11,067 nucleotides of DNA, from NCBI RefSeq assembly GCF_006345805.1, contig NW_021827183.1, positions 1 through 11,067 on the forward strand, read 5' to 3'. Shown here one piece after another: positions 8,401-11,067 of the stretch. The notes below the pieces were generated by a model that was not told the origin of the DNA, made no database searches, and worked only from the letters and a program-made list of their open reading frames with translations. Within the stretch, counting starts at the first letter, position 1. Each line of letters opens with the position of its first letter. The translations under genes and the position numbers were made by a program. This DNA is from Octopus sinensis. Lineage: Eukaryota.

Positions 8401-8526
8401 TAATAATAATAATCCTTTTCACTATAGGCACAAGGCCTGAGATTATATCGTCCCCATTGATTGACTAGTACATATTTTATCGATCCCAAATTGAGGTAGG
8501 CAAAGTGGGATTTGAACTCAGAACGT
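8401..8526 (-). mobile_element. SINE family B, internally deleted 3' part, tail type 1
   Basis: (TAA)n AATCCTTTTCACTATAGGCACAAGGCCTGA ... TATTTTATCGATCCC ... GGATTTGAACTCAGAACGT. Confidence 0.8.
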
Positions 8527-8621
8527 ATAAGTACCAGTTGAGTACCGGTGTTGATATAATCGACTACCCCCTCCCCAAAATTCAGGCCTTGTGCCTAGAG
8601 TAGAAAGGATTATTATTATTA
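8527..8621 (+). mobile_element. SINE family B, 3' fragment, tail type 1
   Basis: ATAAGTACCAGTTGAGTAC..AATCGACT..TTCAGGCCTTGTGCCTAGAGTAGAAAGG(ATT)n. Confidence 0.85.
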
Positions 8622-8635
8622 TCATTATTATTATT

Positions 8636-8795
8636 AAGGTGATCTGCTGGCAAAATCGATAGTACGACGGGCAAAGTGCTTAGCGGCATTTCGTCTGTCT
8701 TTATGTTCTGAGTTCAAATTCCACCATGCCCTTCATCCTTTCAGGGTCAATAAAATAAGTGCCAGTTGTGTACTGGGGTCGATGTAATCGAGTTG
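8636..8795 (+). mobile_element. SINE family B, tail missing
   Basis: AAGGTGATCTGCTGGCAAAATCG head after (ATT)n, GTTCTGAGTTCAAATTCC, CTTCATCCTTTCAGGGTCAATAAAATAAG. Confidence 0.88.
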
Positions 8796-8815
8796 TCTCG
8801 TCCAATATTTTTGAA

Positions 8816-8859
8816 CAGCCGCTAAGTAATTTGCCCGGTGTGCTAACGATTCTGCCGGC
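8816..8859 (-). mobile_element. SINE family B head fragment
   Basis: CCGCTAAG..TTTGCCCGGTGTGCTAACGATTCTGCC is the reverse complement of the family B head. Confidence 0.8.
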
Positions 8860-9020
8860 GTGAAATTTTGAGGGATCAGAGCTAATCGATTAGATCGACA
8901 CCAGAACTCAGCTGCAACTTATTTTAACGATAACAAAAGGAAAAGTCGACCACAGCGGAGGTTGAACTCAGAATACAAAGCCGTTCCCGACCTGTCAACA
9001 ATTCTGCTATCTCCCGGCCT
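8860..9020 (-). mobile_element. SINE family B, strongly diverged copy
   Basis: TGAAATTTTGAGGG tail, ATCGATTAGATCGAC, ACTTATTTTA, AAAGTCGACC, TTGAACTCAGAA, AATTCTGCTATCTC. Confidence 0.7.
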
Positions 9021-9418
9021 ACCTACATCATACATCAATTTATCAACCAGGTCTTATCTACCAATCTTTCCACCTCTCTATTCCTCTCTCACTATTTGCA
9101 ACTATATATTTATGGATCCCTATTTACAGCCATTTTCTTTTCTATCTGTCCATCAATCTCTCTATACCTATATTTATCTATCGATCAGTCTACCCATGCA
9201 CCCATCTCTCTATATCCATCCATCAATCCATCCCTATAGTTTTCTATCAGTCCACCCATGCTCCCATTCATCTATGTCCATCCAATCCATCAATTAATCA
9301 ATGTCCATTCTTTGTCTACATCTATCGATGTCCTCCCATCCATTTATATTTACTACCTACCTATCTACCTGCCCATTTATCCCTCTACGTACATATCTCT
9401 CTGTACCTGTCTCTTTCT

Positions 9419-9461
<43 letters not shown>

Positions 9462-9506
9462 ACTATCTATCTATCTAATTATCTTTCTTACTATCTATCT
9501 ATCTGC

Positions 9507-9541
<35 letters not shown>

Positions 9542-9578
9542 ATTATCTTTCTTACTATCTATCTATCTATCTATCTGC

Positions 9579-9636
<58 letters not shown>

Positions 9637-9675
9637 GTCTATCTATCTATCTATCTACCTATCTATCTATCTATC
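9021..9675. repeat. Degenerate CTAT/CCAT low-complexity tract grading into a nearly pure (TATC)n array (9420-9675)
   Basis: Directly visible; the ORFs at 9258-9542 and 9301-9915 (YLSI repeats) are its translation. Confidence 0.95.
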
Positions 9676-9954
9676 CAATTTACATACGTTATTCACCTCA
9701 CCTTATCCAACATTCAACTTTCTATGTACACACATACACACACACACACGCATTGTATACCTGCAAAAGTGCCCGTGTCACGCCACTCCCACCCATATCA
9801 CACACACTCAGGTATTAATTCTCTCCCCAACTCCCGACCCATCCCCCCCAAAAACACACCTGGTATTTATTTCCAGTTGGGGATTTACTACATTCATTTA
9901 ATTTACTATTATTAGTTACAATTCAACACTGAATAATCAGCTTATTCCAGCTAT

Positions 9955-10008
9955 TTACACACACACACACATATATATATATACACACACACGTATATCG
10001 TACATAAA

Positions 10009-10049
<41 letters not shown>

Positions 10050-10243
10050 TATATATATATAGTTCTGTGTGTATATACGTAAGTAAACACACACACACGC
10101 ATATATATATGCATGCATGTGTGTAGAAAGTGTGCATGTATGTATGTTTCGTATAAACGACATTATATGTACGAAAGTATGTATTTGTAATTATACTATT
10201 ATATATAATTATGTGTGTGTGAGTGTGTGAACAATTATGCATA

Positions 10244-10282
<39 letters not shown>

Positions 10283-10665
10283 GGAGTGCATGTATATTTG
10301 TATATATACATATGTACATGCATATACATACATATATATATATAGACATATACATACATATATAGATATATATATACGCATACATAGACACACACACATG
10401 CATGTTTCTTGTAAATAATATATGATAACGGATAACCCTCGTGTGAAGTAAATGGTGTGTATATATATATACACAACATATACATATGTGTATGTACTAA
10501 TGTATGTATATATATACGTATATATATTATATATATATATTATATAATATATATATAATATATATATATAAATGTATTACACACAATATATAAATGTATT
10601 TACATACATATATATATATATATATAAACGCACGCACGCACGTGTGTATATAAGTGTGTATATAA
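9955..10665. repeat. Mixed (TA)/(CA)/(TG) microsatellite field
   Basis: Directly visible alternating purine-pyrimidine repeats. Confidence 0.9.
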
Positions 10666-10869
10666 GTCCCGTGACTAATGACCATTTTACGGCAATCCGT
10701 TCATGATCCTTTAAGTATAATTAATGTAAATAAGAAAGGTTTTAGGTAGCAATGATGCAGCAATGGAGGTAAGGGTGGGGGTTTTACGATGGAGGAATGG
10801 AGGTGGAAGGGATCCCCAGGCGGTGTGTGGGATACTGGATAGAAGATAAGTAAGAGGGGAGAAAAGTAG

Positions 10870-10995
10870 TACATGTGTGTATATGCGTATGTATATACAT
10901 ATATGCGTATATATCTATATACATGAATATACGTGTATATATAGTTACATATATATATATACACACATATACATACTTGCATATACATATATATC
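10870..10995. repeat. Degenerate (TA)/(CA) microsatellite
   Basis: Directly visible. Confidence 0.85.
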
Positions 10996-11067
10996 GTATC
11001 ATTTTCCTTAATGGAGGTAAAACGCAGCAGACTTCATTGAACTTAGAACTCAATACATCATATATAC

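Noticed and set aside
10741-10775. Possible 23-nt micro-exon (TTTTAG|...GAG|GTAAGG)
   Set aside because: The upstream region is purine-rich with no pyrimidine tract, the length is not a multiple of 3, and there is no other support.
150-11053. Remaining ORFs rich in YI, CV, HT, YLSI, LSF, N or I runs
   Set aside because: They are translations of microsatellites, low-complexity tracts or SINE sequence.

Overview
Repeat-dense eukaryotic non-coding DNA (intronic or intergenic). The SINE sequences and microsatellite load resemble those I recall from octopus/coleoid cephalopod genomes; this is recognition, not a database result. No intact protein-coding gene, RNA gene or CRISPR array is supported. 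Nearly all ORFs in the track are translated microsatellites or antisense shadows of repeats. The window holds about 20 copies or fragments of tRNA-derived SINEs in at least three families, labelled A, B and C here. It also holds three decayed LINE fragments that appear only when reading through stops and frameshifts: an AP-endonuclease N-terminus split by a SINE, an L1/Tx1-like ORF2 C-terminus with 3' UTR, and a restriction-like-endonuclease (R2/R4-type) C-terminus. Long (AT)n, (CT)-rich and (TATC)n tracts fill the rest. The most interesting signal is in SINE family B. One head and body carries two alternative 3' tails. Tail type 1 goes with (ATT)n sites. Tail type 2 goes with a 12-bp TSD and resembles the 3' end of the L1/Tx1 fragment in this window. 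I see no convincing evidence of a wholly new biological system.
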